A stretch of 64,000 bases of DNA, from positions 12,026,420-12,090,419 of the forward strand of contig CM082578.2 in assembly GCA_040954595.2 (NCBI GenBank). The letters run 5' to 3'. Source of the stretch: Balanoglossus misakiensis. Its lineage: Eukaryota; Animalia; Hemichordata. The notes under the pieces are model-generated. The model was not told where the DNA came from, made no database searches, and worked only from the letters and a program-made list of their open reading frames with translations. Within the stretch, counting starts at the first letter, position 1. Each line of letters starts with the position of its first letter. Positions 38,524 to 50,318 of this stretch are shown piece by piece. A program made the position numbers and the translations under genes.

Positions 38524-41500
38524 GTACGTCGTCTTCCAACATCTCCGTGTACATCCATCAATATCCTTTGATATATCAGACAAGCGAAAAATTAGCCCGC
38601 CACCGCATTCATCCGCATTCATTACCTGCAAACGAATTTGTCATTCAAAATGTTTTTAAGAAAATTAATTCAACATAAATAATAGGGCGCCTTGACATTA
38701 TTCTGTGTGATTTGTATAGTCATAATGTTGGCGTTTGCGTTGTAAAATATCACAGCAATTAAAGCGCGGGCGAAGAATGCGTAACGAGCGACACGAGGTC
38801 ATCGCAGAGGCTGTTTGACAGGTAACAGTTACCTGTTTAGAGCGCGTAATAACAGACGAACCTAATCGATGTTCCTGACGGCGAGACAAGATGGCGCGCA
38901 TCCGTCGAATAAGTATTCAATTGCGAGTGTATCGACCGACACGGTAAAAAGAACACGCGCCAAGACGACATTTTGTTACACAGCGGATTGCATCCCGCGT
39001 CTTTATTTCAAGGGACAGTTTTAATTTTACTTCACATTCGCCAGGCGTTTTTCAATCGCATTACCAACCATTCCCAGTAATGCTATTTAATGGCACTATT
39101 TATACGGTGGAAAATCAATGAAGAATATATGAAAATTCCTAACGAACTGCTACTCGGGGACAATTTATATTTATAAGCTGGGCCAATTTACTTGCAAGAC
39201 TAAATCACCAGTAAAAAGTGTGCGACTTAATGCTGCAACGTGCGAGAACTTAAAATAAACTTCTCTCGTGAGATTATTACTTTTCTTCCTCGGCGGTGTG
39301 TACTAGCTAAGCTGACAAAGCCATTTGCAGACAAGTTCTTGACTGTATACGTAGATGTGCTCTGTGATTATCTTATTCGCACGCGCGTGATGGTGAATAT
39401 AATAGATGCGACTAAAAGCTTAAGGGGCCTCTGTGACAGAAGACACACACTTTCCTGTCGGCAGAATGACACTGGTTGTCCTCAGCATGAAGAGACTGCG
39501 TCTCGTCATTTGCACTCGTTGCCTGACAACCAAAAACAACGTATCATGAAGCGCATGCGCGCATGGGGTTCTCTCAGTCCTTGTCAAAAACAAGCAAAGT
39601 ACATGTATTTTTGATCACAATCTCTCGACATATCAGGGTAATTGAGTACGACTGCTCCATACTTCCGTATCAATACTTCTCTTAAATGTCAATTACGGAG
39701 CAGCGTGTATCTTACATTATAATTATGACGGTCTCACGGAAAGCCTTGCCCGTGGGAGATGTACCGCGCGGTTCGAGTGGCGATATATCGTTGTATTTCT
39801 TGGAAATTTCTTCTCAATATCAGTTAGAGGAGCTCATGACAACATATTTAGTGTTAACAAAACAACAAAAACGTTGGGACCATACACGCGCGCGTAACAT
39901 GTATGTTCCGTTTCTCCGAGCGCCTGTTACGATTTGCAATACTGACGAAGTGGAAAAGTGTTTGACAAATTGACTATACATCATCTCTCGATAGCAAAGA
40001 GGGCCAACCTTATCTCATTAGATTCCACTGTCACCAAACGCTAATGATTCGAAATTAATGTACATATATCATTGCTAATCGTTCCGTGTCGGTTGACAAA
40101 ATATGAAATTATCAGCTACCATGGCAACTGGCCAACGACTCCGGAAAAGAAAAACGCTATCACGTCGGATTTACATCTTGAGAAAGGTTAAAGTTCATCG
40201 CACTGTTCATTGCGGTATTTTGCGCATGTGTAATCAGATTACATAAGAATTTAATCAAGGCTCGTCAAAACAATTATTTTGACAAATCTTTTCTACAATG
40301 CGTTCTGTAATCGTAAACTTTTTATCCGATTGATTGTAAACGAGAAATCCGAAAAACAATGGAAAGGGGAGCAATGTTGAACTTGTTACCTTTAACATTA
40401 GAATCGATACGACGACGTGCAGTTCCATATAGGGCGCCTTCAATGTTTGGATCCCCGGGGTTTGAAGCTGTCGTGTGGAAAATTGGTACTTCAAACATCG
40501 AAATTCTTAACAACATTGGCATATCTTTTGACTGCAAGAGCAATTTGATATGAAATCGTTTGATTCAATAATTTACACATGACCACCCTGACGAACCTGC
40601 ACCCGACTGTTCTGATATCGCTTTTTTTTGTGATAGTAGTAAACAATATTCTTAGCCTCTCGATGTGGTGCCATGCCTTCTGTGGCGCCTAAAATGTACA
40701 GAATATTTTCTGTTCTTTTCCAATATCTGTAGAACCGTTGTGAACACTGTTTAGGGGGTCCTGCAATGTTGAGTGTGATTCCGTTTATTGATGTCACCTC
40801 GTATTCAAGTAATGTCGACTGTTCTTTGTCTTGTTTCCCGCCCCCTGCCTGCTCACCGCTGGCTGCGCTGTGCCGTGCTTACAAAAAGGGTCAGGTCTAT
40901 AACCATGGGTGGGATTACTATCGAGCCTGCTGGTTGGTCAATAAATGTGTACATGAAGCAGACGATAATAGTATGTTCTTCGAAAAAGGGCTCGTTATCT
41001 CAGATCATTGTAGATATTACGCTTTACATTTGGTGACACCGTATGTTTATGCAATCCATAAAGTTCCTGAACGCTATGCGACAATATCATACCCAAGGAT
41101 TTCGCGTGACCTTAGTGTTCTTGGATGTGAATGTTTGGCCTTTCCTAAACGATAAACTCTTCTACCACCGAGCAAACAACATTAACATTTTCGGTGAAAA
41201 CAGACCCCGAAAAACTGGTGTAAATCGCAATGCAAGGGAGACAGCTGTGATCAGCTGGGAAGGTTAGCTTTTATAGCCAAAGACAAGTTCTTTATATAAG
41301 CTTGGGATTTAGCTTACCCCTAGCCTTCGATCTCAAATCCTAGTCTTTGAGAGAGAAGACAGAGGAAACCTGTGACTAGGGCTAGGCTGCGTGGGATTCG
41401 GCAATGCCCGAACAAGGGCAATGTACTCTGTAGATCACGTGACATCATTTCTCTGTACGCAAGCAATCCGTGTCAGGATAATGACGCTCCAAAATCCGGG

Positions 41501-41672
41501 GATCCCTTCGGAAGATAATCGTAGAATTCAATTTTATCAATTTGCGTCATCGCCAATTCTTCATCTTAACGACAATATCGTTATTGTTTAATTGCGCTGG
41601 GATTGTTGCTCCCATTTGAATTGTTAGCTCTATCACTTGCCGCCTGACCCGTCCTTCCCCACCACTCACCGT

Positions 41673-41698
41673 CCTCCTCCTCCTCCTCCTCCTCCTCC
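41673..41698. repeat. (CCT)n microsatellite
   Basis: About 8 CCT units. Confidence 0.85.
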
Positions 41699-42611
41699 GA
41701 TAATTTTTCTTATTGCCATTCGTATATTTTACCCCCTTGACTATAAAGATAAAAACTGATAAGTGATGGCACTACCGTCGATCTTCGAAGTCCCAGCACG
41801 CCGAACTGTCAAATTTACTCTGGGGCAAAAAAATGATCAGCCTGCAGTAGATGTAAAAAAGCTTTGTCGAACGGCGAAAATGGGCCGTATTTATCCTCCA
41901 TGAAACTGGTTTTATTGGTTCTCAGAATATCTCCCTTGCTATTCATACCCAGTGTAAGCGGCTATATATGTATTACAACGCCGAGAAAATATTTATGTCG
42001 CCATAAAGCAAGTTTTTAAGTCGGTGTACGGATGGCATTTTCTGAGACCGTAAATGCCAAACATGGAAGATGATCTCGTAGTCATGGCAAAGGCATGAAA
42101 CCAACCTACATCATGCTGCTCGACTCGCCTAGTAGATAAGGCGGTTACCGGAAAGGTGCCATACATTCACGTTGAAATCTAGTCATCCGAACTGCCTTTA
42201 CGAGATCTCAAAATCCAGTGGGTTTAATCCACGATTTCATTGTTGACATTTTCATGATTTTTTTACATAGAACACCACTAGCTTGCGTCAGAAATAGACA
42301 GTAACAGGATGTGGGTGTTACAGAAAATGGCGTCAAATTATCTTTCGTTATAATGCTCCAAAGCGGTCGATTTATTATTAATTAAAATTCTGTCCGCAAA
42401 AGAAGTTAATTGAAATTGTGACCGCGAGGAAGCGCAGAACAAAGAATGATGGATCCTAAGTCTGAATTGGTACTTGATTCATTAAAATGTACAAATTATC
42501 AAGACTACGCTCATGAAAATTCATGTTACTCGCAATGTAATGAGCGTTTTTTATTGCTCTCATTCATGAGGAACGTCATTCTTCATTGGTTTATCAGGCA
42601 GAAAGATGGAC

Positions 42612-42707
42612 GAACGGACAGACAGACAGACAGACTGGCAGGCAGGCAGACAGAAAGACAGACAGACTGAGAGACAGATTATAATAGATAGATAGATAGA
42701 TAGATAG
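42612..42707. repeat. (GACA)n/(GGCA)n plus (GATA)n compound microsatellite
   Basis: gacagacagacagac...ggcaggcaggcag...atagatagatagatagatag. Confidence 0.9.
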
Positions 42708-43098
42708 TATGTTTTAGAATGTCTTTTTTCATGCCATGTGTTTACTTTTGATATTGTACACTATATTTACAATCGACCAAAATGTGATCTTTTAACATGT
42801 TTCTATGAACGCAAAAACCATAGGCACTATAGCGTAGGTGGGGTGCATATCTATGGTTGTATGAATGCTATCGTCACGTGACTGGCTTTATATTGTTGAT
42901 TAACCTTTCTTTATACAATATATACGTCTGTTTCACGTAGGCAACAGTCGGAATATTTGTGTTGAGCGGCTGCTGCAGATATAGTCTAAGCAGACCGTCA
43001 TGTGGTTGGAGAGATCGTTGCCTATCGAAACAAACAGCCTCGAATGAGATTATTTATTCAAACCAAGCTTATGACAAAACCTTTTTTTTTATTTTCAG

Positions 43099-43206
43099 GC
43101 TATCGACATATGGATGTTGGTGTGTTTGATATTTGTATTCGCCGCACTGTTAGAGTTCGCCGTGGCAAGTTATTTAGCGAAGCACACGGAGGCCATATAC
43201 AGCTCG
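43099..43206 (+). CDS. M3 exon (108 nt)
   Basis: ttttttattttcag|GCT ATC GAC...AGC TCG|gtaatt. Translates AIDIWMLVCLIFVFAALLEFAVASYLAKHTEAIYSS, close to GlyR [21 protein letters not shown]. Confidence 0.94.
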
Positions 43207-46200
43207 GTAATTCTACGTTATGATCAGTTCTTTATATGAAATTTTGCCCATCACTGTACATATTATACTCATTTTAATGTTCACAACTCTCCATAAATAT
43301 GTATTGAGGCCATTTTTAATTTCGGCTCTACCACTTTCAAAAATATGTTCCGAAGCTGAGATTATACGGCGAGCAGTTTTACTGGTGTATTAACGTGGAC
43401 GCTTGTTACCCCACAGTTATTTCAGTAATGATATAGCAGATGCTGCATTATTGTATAGGGCGTCTCAAAAGTTTGGATCCCTGAAGAAGTTCGTGATTGG
43501 TTCTTCTCAGGTATTTAAACTTTTGGGACACTCTAATAACCGTTCGTCGACTTGGATCCACCGTCTTGGACTCTCGTGCAGGACGCGCCTGTTTTCTGGC
43601 GTCGTGCCTCTTCTCTGCGCCGGCGCCTTGTGCCATTTGCCTCGGAGAATGAGATTTGCCAAGAGTCGAGTTTTTTATATCGCTCACGCGGGGAAACCGG
43701 CAAGTGGAATTTTGGAGAGAGAGAAAAAAAACTGCATTTCCCCATGCGGCGTTCTTGTGGGTACAACCAAACGAAAATTGAAAACATGTTTCGTGTTACC
43801 CGAGAGAGAGACCTGGTTTTGGTGCACTGGGCATGACCCAAATTTAATTTAAATTTGAATAATGAATACCAGTGCTCACGCATTTAAGCCTATTCGGTTA
43901 CCATGGAAAACCGAAATGAAGACACGGGATAAATATACACCAACGTTATATCTGAGATTAGAAATATCGCCCAGATCAATCTTAGCGCCAGTTTTGTTGG
44001 GGTTAAAACAATGTGCAAGCATAATTGTCATTCAGCAAAGGTAGCAAGCATGGTGGCGTAGATATCCATCACTTCTGGCCAGCCTGAGCACAGCACAGCT
44101 GTGAACTATAAATGAGTGGGCATCATATTTCGTGTGAGGGAGCCATTTATAGTTTCGCCCATTCACTAACCGTCGTCCGTGCCCTGCATAATGACGACCC
44201 CAATGAGGTGGAACGGCTACGGATAATAATTAAGTAAAGCCGACAATATTTTTTTTTAAAATCGACTTCATCTTTAAAAGAATCCCGCTGTATGGCTGAT
44301 AGCGGCGAGGATGAACAGACTGTCGAGTTGCATTCCTTTCTGTGCGCTTTCTGCTCCATAAAAAAACGAGTGCGGCTTTTTATGTGTTCCGTGATTTATT
44401 TGTGAAAAATCCTCGAGGCATGCCGTTCCACCGGGTAAACTGAAGAAAATTTGATCATTTCAGACTTCTGAAGGTTCCAGTGTCAACAATGCGGCTATTA
44501 TTGCCTCGCGATGCTCATAACATTCACCAAACTACCTGAGCAAACCGATCGGAATAATGGGCTCGACTTCGAGATGATTCAGCGACAGTTTGCTTTAAAA
44601 TGCCACGGAAATAACCCGCCGTCATTTGGCATCTATTTCGTGTAAATATTCCGCATGCGTTTTTCGCTGTTGGCAAACGCACGCCTTTGTGCGCAAAGTG
44701 TGTTTTGCAAACAGGAATATCAAACAAATTGAGGAGGAATTCCACGAAACTGTGTATGACTAATAATAAACTGCACTACGTGAGCGCTCACGCTCGCTCG
44801 ATATATTGATTACGACAGCAAGTCAATGGCGCGGCGCTCGACTGCTAAAGTGCCAGTATTAAAAAAGAAGAAAAAAAAATCTGCCGCGTTGAATGATATC
44901 ACGTTTAGCGTTAACGTGTTTATTGCTCAAGTCCGCGATATTTTACACAACTCTGGCAGGCTATCATTGGGCGTTGCCTTGGTATGATCCCTTAAGACGA
45001 GCTGCTACTGTGCGACGATGATGAACGTATTTTGTCTGGTAACGTTGCATAATGTCGAGGATTCTCTATTCCGACACTACAAAATAGGTCACTCCCGCCT
45101 TCGTCGATTTACGCCGTTTTGTGGCGTTTTGACAAAAACCCAAGAGCGATTGCGAGATGGCTGCAGTAGGCTTGCTCAGTAGGGAGGAACGTACAGAGAC
45201 ACGTGTGACCGATAGGTTACTTAGAAAACCTGACGGTTTCGTTCCCTCTGAAAACAAAATAAACACCTCCACACATAATTCCACAGAACACAGACGTCAG
45301 AGGCAATATCGTCGTTAAAAAACAGAAGCGCCGCGGCTCCTTTCTTCGAAGTCTCAGACCAGCCTACTCTCCTCTGTCTCGTTCACTTTATCGTCACGTA
45401 GCCAACAGGAAACCAAGTTCCCAGAGCTGAAGAAGATTTATCTCTTTTGCAGCGACGGTTGCGGGGCCCCTGTTGGGAAACTGTATGCAACTTCGCACGA
45501 CTCATTTGACTTTGAAGAATCGCCATTGTTAGATATCTGCAAACATCACGCCATATACATATATGTGCGAAGCTTCTAATCGATCGACTGAGTTTTTGAG
45601 AGCGCGTTACTTCGGATAATTTTTTTCATGGTGAAGGAGAAAAATCTATTTCGCAGACGTAACGATTATTTGACTTCATTGTGTAATTGCAACGAAGATA
45701 TTTGCATTCATAGGTCTATGTTACATGTACTTTCTGTTGTCAACTTCAGCTTTTTACCTGATTGTGACCATAACCTTACAAAGCAGATGACCTCATCTAA
45801 GCCTTAACCAATTTACATTTTCTTAAACTCTATGCCCATAGGTATAGGAGTAAACGCGGTTATTTAAGTTTAAGTTTTGTGGCAATGCATATCCTGAACG
45901 TGAGTGAAAAGTGTCGCTGATAAATTAACTGTCATCAATTCAACCCTCCACCGAAAATCACAACTCGCGCACCGAATTCGAAGGTGGGGTTGGCGTGCGA
46001 TTGAGAACCCATGAGACCAGTGGTTCAGGCATGGCAACACGAGCGTGCATCGTGTTTGTTGTTGTTGTTGTTGTGTTTTGTGGAGGTTACCATGACAGGC
46101 GCTGCTCCGGTGCGCAAGTGGATATAACAATCGTATTAGTATTAATCAAGCTAATTGCCCGAGCCAGCGGGCACTTCGTTGACGAGCAACAATACAGGAA

Positions 46201-48526
46201 AGATGAAAAGATGCGAATGATCCTCGCCGCTGCGCCAGAAGGGAATTTGAAGTCGTGGAAACTTGTTGGAGATAATAAGAATGGGGATAATACTAGGAGA
46301 TTTTCATTAGAAGTTGCGAGTTAATTAAATATAACAAGATGAATCGGTCGGCCCTCCGCTTCAAACAGACATGACTTATTAATTTAACTGCTAAAGGCTA
46401 ATAAACGCACTTAATCTTGGGAGGTTAATAACCACTTGCAAAGTCCAAACGAACTTCACTCGTGAGCTGAGCCTCACAGACAACTAACTGAAGAGTTTTC
46501 TCAGTAGCAGGGAATGACGATGTGGCTATGTTCAGGCTATGTTGACTCACAGAGTATTGCACATCTTCACATACCGTCACAGGGAGAAGAACAAGCAGTT
46601 TTAGTTGTTATGTAGAAATTAGGCTGTTGGACAAAATAGCCAAAGATAGCAGCTATAGTGGCCCTTTAATGTTAAATGAGACGTTGTTTGTGAACATGCT
46701 TTATCTAGGACCCCTTAGTGAATTTGTGAAGTTAACCCGAAAAGCGCACGGAGACACCCTTTTACGAGGCAGTTCATGCACGAACACAAAATCCCCATTA
46801 AGCTGAGCAAGGAACCGCTGAAAAATTAAATGCAGCTGAACGATGCCTGCAGACGCAATTTTATATCGCTTTCCTGAGGAATGGACCGGAAGCACATATA
46901 CCGCGTGATCTCCGATTACTCCAGACGTCATGTCTGTGGACAAGAAGAAGTGCAGAATCATGACAGGGCCTTGGCAAAACTCGGGGGTTGTGTCGCATTG
47001 AATGCCTACCAACCCTGGTCGAAATGCGTGAACTAATGAAATGGGCCGTTTCCAATAAACCGAGAGGTATACGTGCGGCTTACTGGCAGACGTGTAATTA
47101 CTCAAAGTGCATGACTGTTTTTGTATTAAGGGTGACTGTTGCTCCTGGTGCTTAACTGGTGTTTCCGTTGCAACTGTTTTAATGTATGTTGCTCTGCGCT
47201 GCGCACATTCAGCGCACATTGACACAAGATTCAGAAACATCTAGATTGTGTGCATAGTCCATGCAGAAAGCGTTGATACAACGCAAACTTTGCCATGCAG
47301 TACGACTCTACTTTCCTTCCTTCCTTCCTTCCTTCCTCCGCCAGTCGTTCCCTATCATTTCTTAAATCCGCTTGTCAGTTCAAACCAAATCCTCGAATAT
47401 TGCGCCCCGCACTACGACAGGCTTATAAAGTCATATCGCGGCAGTGTCAGAACCTGCGGGTCCTGGTTGATTTAATGGCCATTTCGTTCGACGGATTCAG
47501 GGCGGGGGTATTGGGTTCATACAAATCACTAGAATCAAAACCAATTTCAGAAAGTAATGAGAGTCATGCGAGTCAAGACTTGTCGTACATGTATATCTGG
47601 GCTATGAACTCATTGCCTTTCTTGAATTTTTGACAATCCGGATTCATAATAATCTTTAGTCGGCCTATTAACTGGTTTACATGTACATGCCGAGTTCGTC
47701 ATCCTGTGGCGATACGTCAGCTTTGCCGCTGGGCCGCCATCTTGAATGGAACAGACGTCGACTTCTTGCATTTATGGGATATGGATGGATCCCTGCACTG
47801 GTTCTGTTACAGTGGTTTCACCATGAAGGGGATTCGAAGCCAGCTCGTTTCATCCATAGCCTAGAAGACGGAGAGAATATTCAACGAGAACAGAAACGTA
47901 TAGCGACCCAAATCAGCATTCACCACCACACTTCAAAGAGTGCTATATATGCTGTAACATCCCAAGACGAGGGAATTGGAAACAAATTTAATTTCCACGA
48001 AAATGCTGTCGACCAATTCGCGCTTATCGTTCCCGTATGAGTGAATGAGTCCCTATCAGATACGAAACCAGTCTAATCGATGAAATCATTATATAAAATT
48101 GCCAAGACTATACTTACGACTGCGTTAAGACTACGCATTGGGAGAATGCGCGCGTACGACCTTCCTGGTTTTATCGCAATGTCATTTACCAAGTACGTGA
48201 CACAGAAAAGACACCGCTCCGAAAAACCATGTCCAAGGTTACTTTATGTTATCGGCTCGTTTTCTTAAACGTAAAACCCAGAATAATGAGGTCAACCTCG
48301 GCATTTCCGTATAAAAAAATCTTTATTTACAAATATTTTAGTGTCGAGCTTTTTATACTTTGTTATTGCTGTTTTTGCCAAAGGATATTAATGTGGAACT
48401 TGTCCGTATAGTAACAATGTTATACTTACTGCATGTGTTATTACTCTAATTTTAGTTATTTTTCGGCTATTTTAAGTTGATTGTATTATGATAGTCAATT
48501 GTTGCTTGTTTGCTTAAATATTATCA

Positions 48527-48543
48527 CCCCCCCCCCCCCCCCC
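48527..48543. repeat. C17 homopolymer
   Basis: 17 consecutive C, about 115 nt upstream of the last exon acceptor. Confidence 0.9.
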
Positions 48544-48658
48544 ATGACGAGTCTGAAGGTGGTAACAACAGATTGGTGACAACAGATTACTGACTATACG
48601 CATCCTGTTAGCTCAATTGTTTACTGGCAAAAATCTCTTTTCTTTCTCTCACTTGTAG

Positions 48659-48943
48659 GATTCTTACTCGGAGAGCAGCATACCTCTGCGCCATCTTGAA
48701 CTGAAAGAGTATTCGTCGGTTCGGCCCGAACTGCTCCGCAATGACATGAGAATTAACATGGACGAGATCAGGGCTGAGTCGCCCAGAGAGGCCAGGCGAC
48801 GAAGTTACAAACGCCTGTCCAGAACAATAGACAAATACTCCAGGGGCTTCTTCCCGCTGGCCTTTCTCTTTTTCAATTCTGTCTACTGGCCGTTCTACCT
48901 CCACGATTACTACGACAACGCCGACGTCAAGACGACGCTGTAA
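48659..48943 (+). CDS. Terminal coding exon: M3-M4 loop, M4, stop
   Basis: tctttctctcacttgtag|GAT TCT...; DSYSESSIPLRHLELKEYSSVRPELLRNDMRINMDEIRAESPREARRRSYKRLSRTIDKYSRGFFPLAFLFFNSVYWPFYLHDYYDNADVKTTL*. IDxxSRxxFPxxFxxFNxxYW is the canonical M4 motif. Confidence 0.93.
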   Translation, partial: DSYSESSIPLRHLELKEYSSVRPELLRNDMRINMDEIRAESPREARRRSYKRLSRTIDKYSRGFFPLAFLFFNSVYWPFYLHDYYDNADVKTTL

Positions 48944-50312
48944 ATATAGTTGATAGAATCTGACACCCGGGAAACACCACGTGCCCCTTTAAAATTGAGA
49001 CAGACATGAAACACGCATCGTGTATCGTTTACCCACAGGTTTATATATATATGTATATGTACATGTATATGCATTTTTTTGCAATTTAGCCGTCCTGTCG
49101 GAGGTATGTCGTCTGGTCAAACCAATTTACAGGCGTTTATTTTTTGCCAGACGTCGTTGCTTGAGTTCTAGCCCACGTGACTCAGCAGACAGGGCAATAG
49201 ACAACAGCGAGCGATTTTTTTCTTCAGTTTTACGCCGAATGGAAAGCCGGGTCGGTAAAGACTCAGTCGAATTGCCAGAGGAGATGGGGTATATACTAGT
49301 ATATAGGTGTCCATCCATCCAGGATTCGTGACGTTGACGTCGATGAAGTATGCCATGGCACAATTTTACTTTGGCGGTCTGAAACGTAACGGCGCCAGGC
49401 AGATCTGTTGCGGCAGATCAAGTAATCTGCCTCGTCTTGTGGAGAACAGTCCATTTTGGAGGATTATCTACTAATCCTGTATGCCACATACCTAAATTGC
49501 TGAAAGCAACAGACTAAAGGTACCGTTTCAAAACAACTCTACGACGACCCCGCGTCGCATCAAATCAAGCTGGTACAACAAGAATTCTTGTCAGTCGCGA
49601 CATTAAAGTGCCATTGCCCTTTTGTACAGAAAAACCAAACTCATTCTTGGTTAAGTTCTTGTGATGGTCGGGACGACCCTATCAATAATGGCGCGGATCG
49701 CTTTAAAATGGGTCAGGGGTCGATGGCGTTTGGGCAGACGACAGTTACTGGAGACCACAAAGATGATTATAGCTTTGGGCACCAACACTCGTTCACGGAG
49801 ATACAGTAGTATGCGCTCCACCGCACTGAGACAGTCCATGCTCAGGCTGTTTGCCTGGGTGATCCCGCGGTGTGACCTGAAAGTTCTCTACCGCCACACC
49901 GAGAGAAAACTGGTCCACTGCCACTCTGCTTAGAACTCGGTACCGCGAAAGTTGCGATGTTCAGGACCAGCCAATCGGGATACAGCAAGGTTCATCGCTA
50001 CTCCAACAGACGTTGGTGACTTCGGCTTTGAAGTGGTTTGGCTGAATTGCGGCCTGTTGATTTGGATTTTGCGCACTCCACGCATAATCGGAAGCTCAAA
50101 TAGCGACCACTATGACCCGTAATCACTGTCCTACAAAAAGGGCATTGTCGCTTTAATGTCCACATTTTTCAGGTAACTTAAAGATTAATAGCCTTTCACA
50201 ACTAACATGCGCACGCACAAGAAATGAGGGCAACGATTAACAGCCGCCCTGCTCTCATTGGCTTGCTTCACTAAGTCTAAGACACACAAAATACTGAATA
50301 ATCTTTTTGGGT

Positions 50313-50318
50313 AATAAA
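50313..50318 (+). promoter_or_regulatory. Candidate polyadenylation signal for the channel gene
   Basis: First AATAAA I noticed after the stop codon; alternatives are ATTAAA at 49602 and AATAAA at 51031. No transcript evidence. Confidence 0.2.

Larger units (their letters stand above)
16489..48943 (+). other. Partial gene model (5 coding exons, 5' exons not found): Cys-loop ligand-gated chloride channel subunit, GlyR/GABA-A/RDL-like
   Basis: Exons join in frame (phases 2/1, 1/1, 1/0, 0/0, 0/stop) to give Cys-loop, loop B, loop C, M1-M4 and stop. Introns are about 19.5, 2.0, 4.6 and 5.5 kb, all GT-AG. Confidence 0.93.

Noticed and set aside
46650-46670. Isolated ...ccctttaa end (also gggttaa at about 9764) as a Kolobok or piggyBac terminus
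   Set aside because: No matching opposite terminus found nearby.
46701-47240. Longest tracked ORF (179 aa, minus strand)
   Set aside because: No recognisable domain, non-ATG start, antisense within an intron; consistent with chance.
48929-48943. C-terminal KTTL as a class I PDZ ligand
   Set aside because: The Cys-loop receptor C-terminus after M4 is extracellular.
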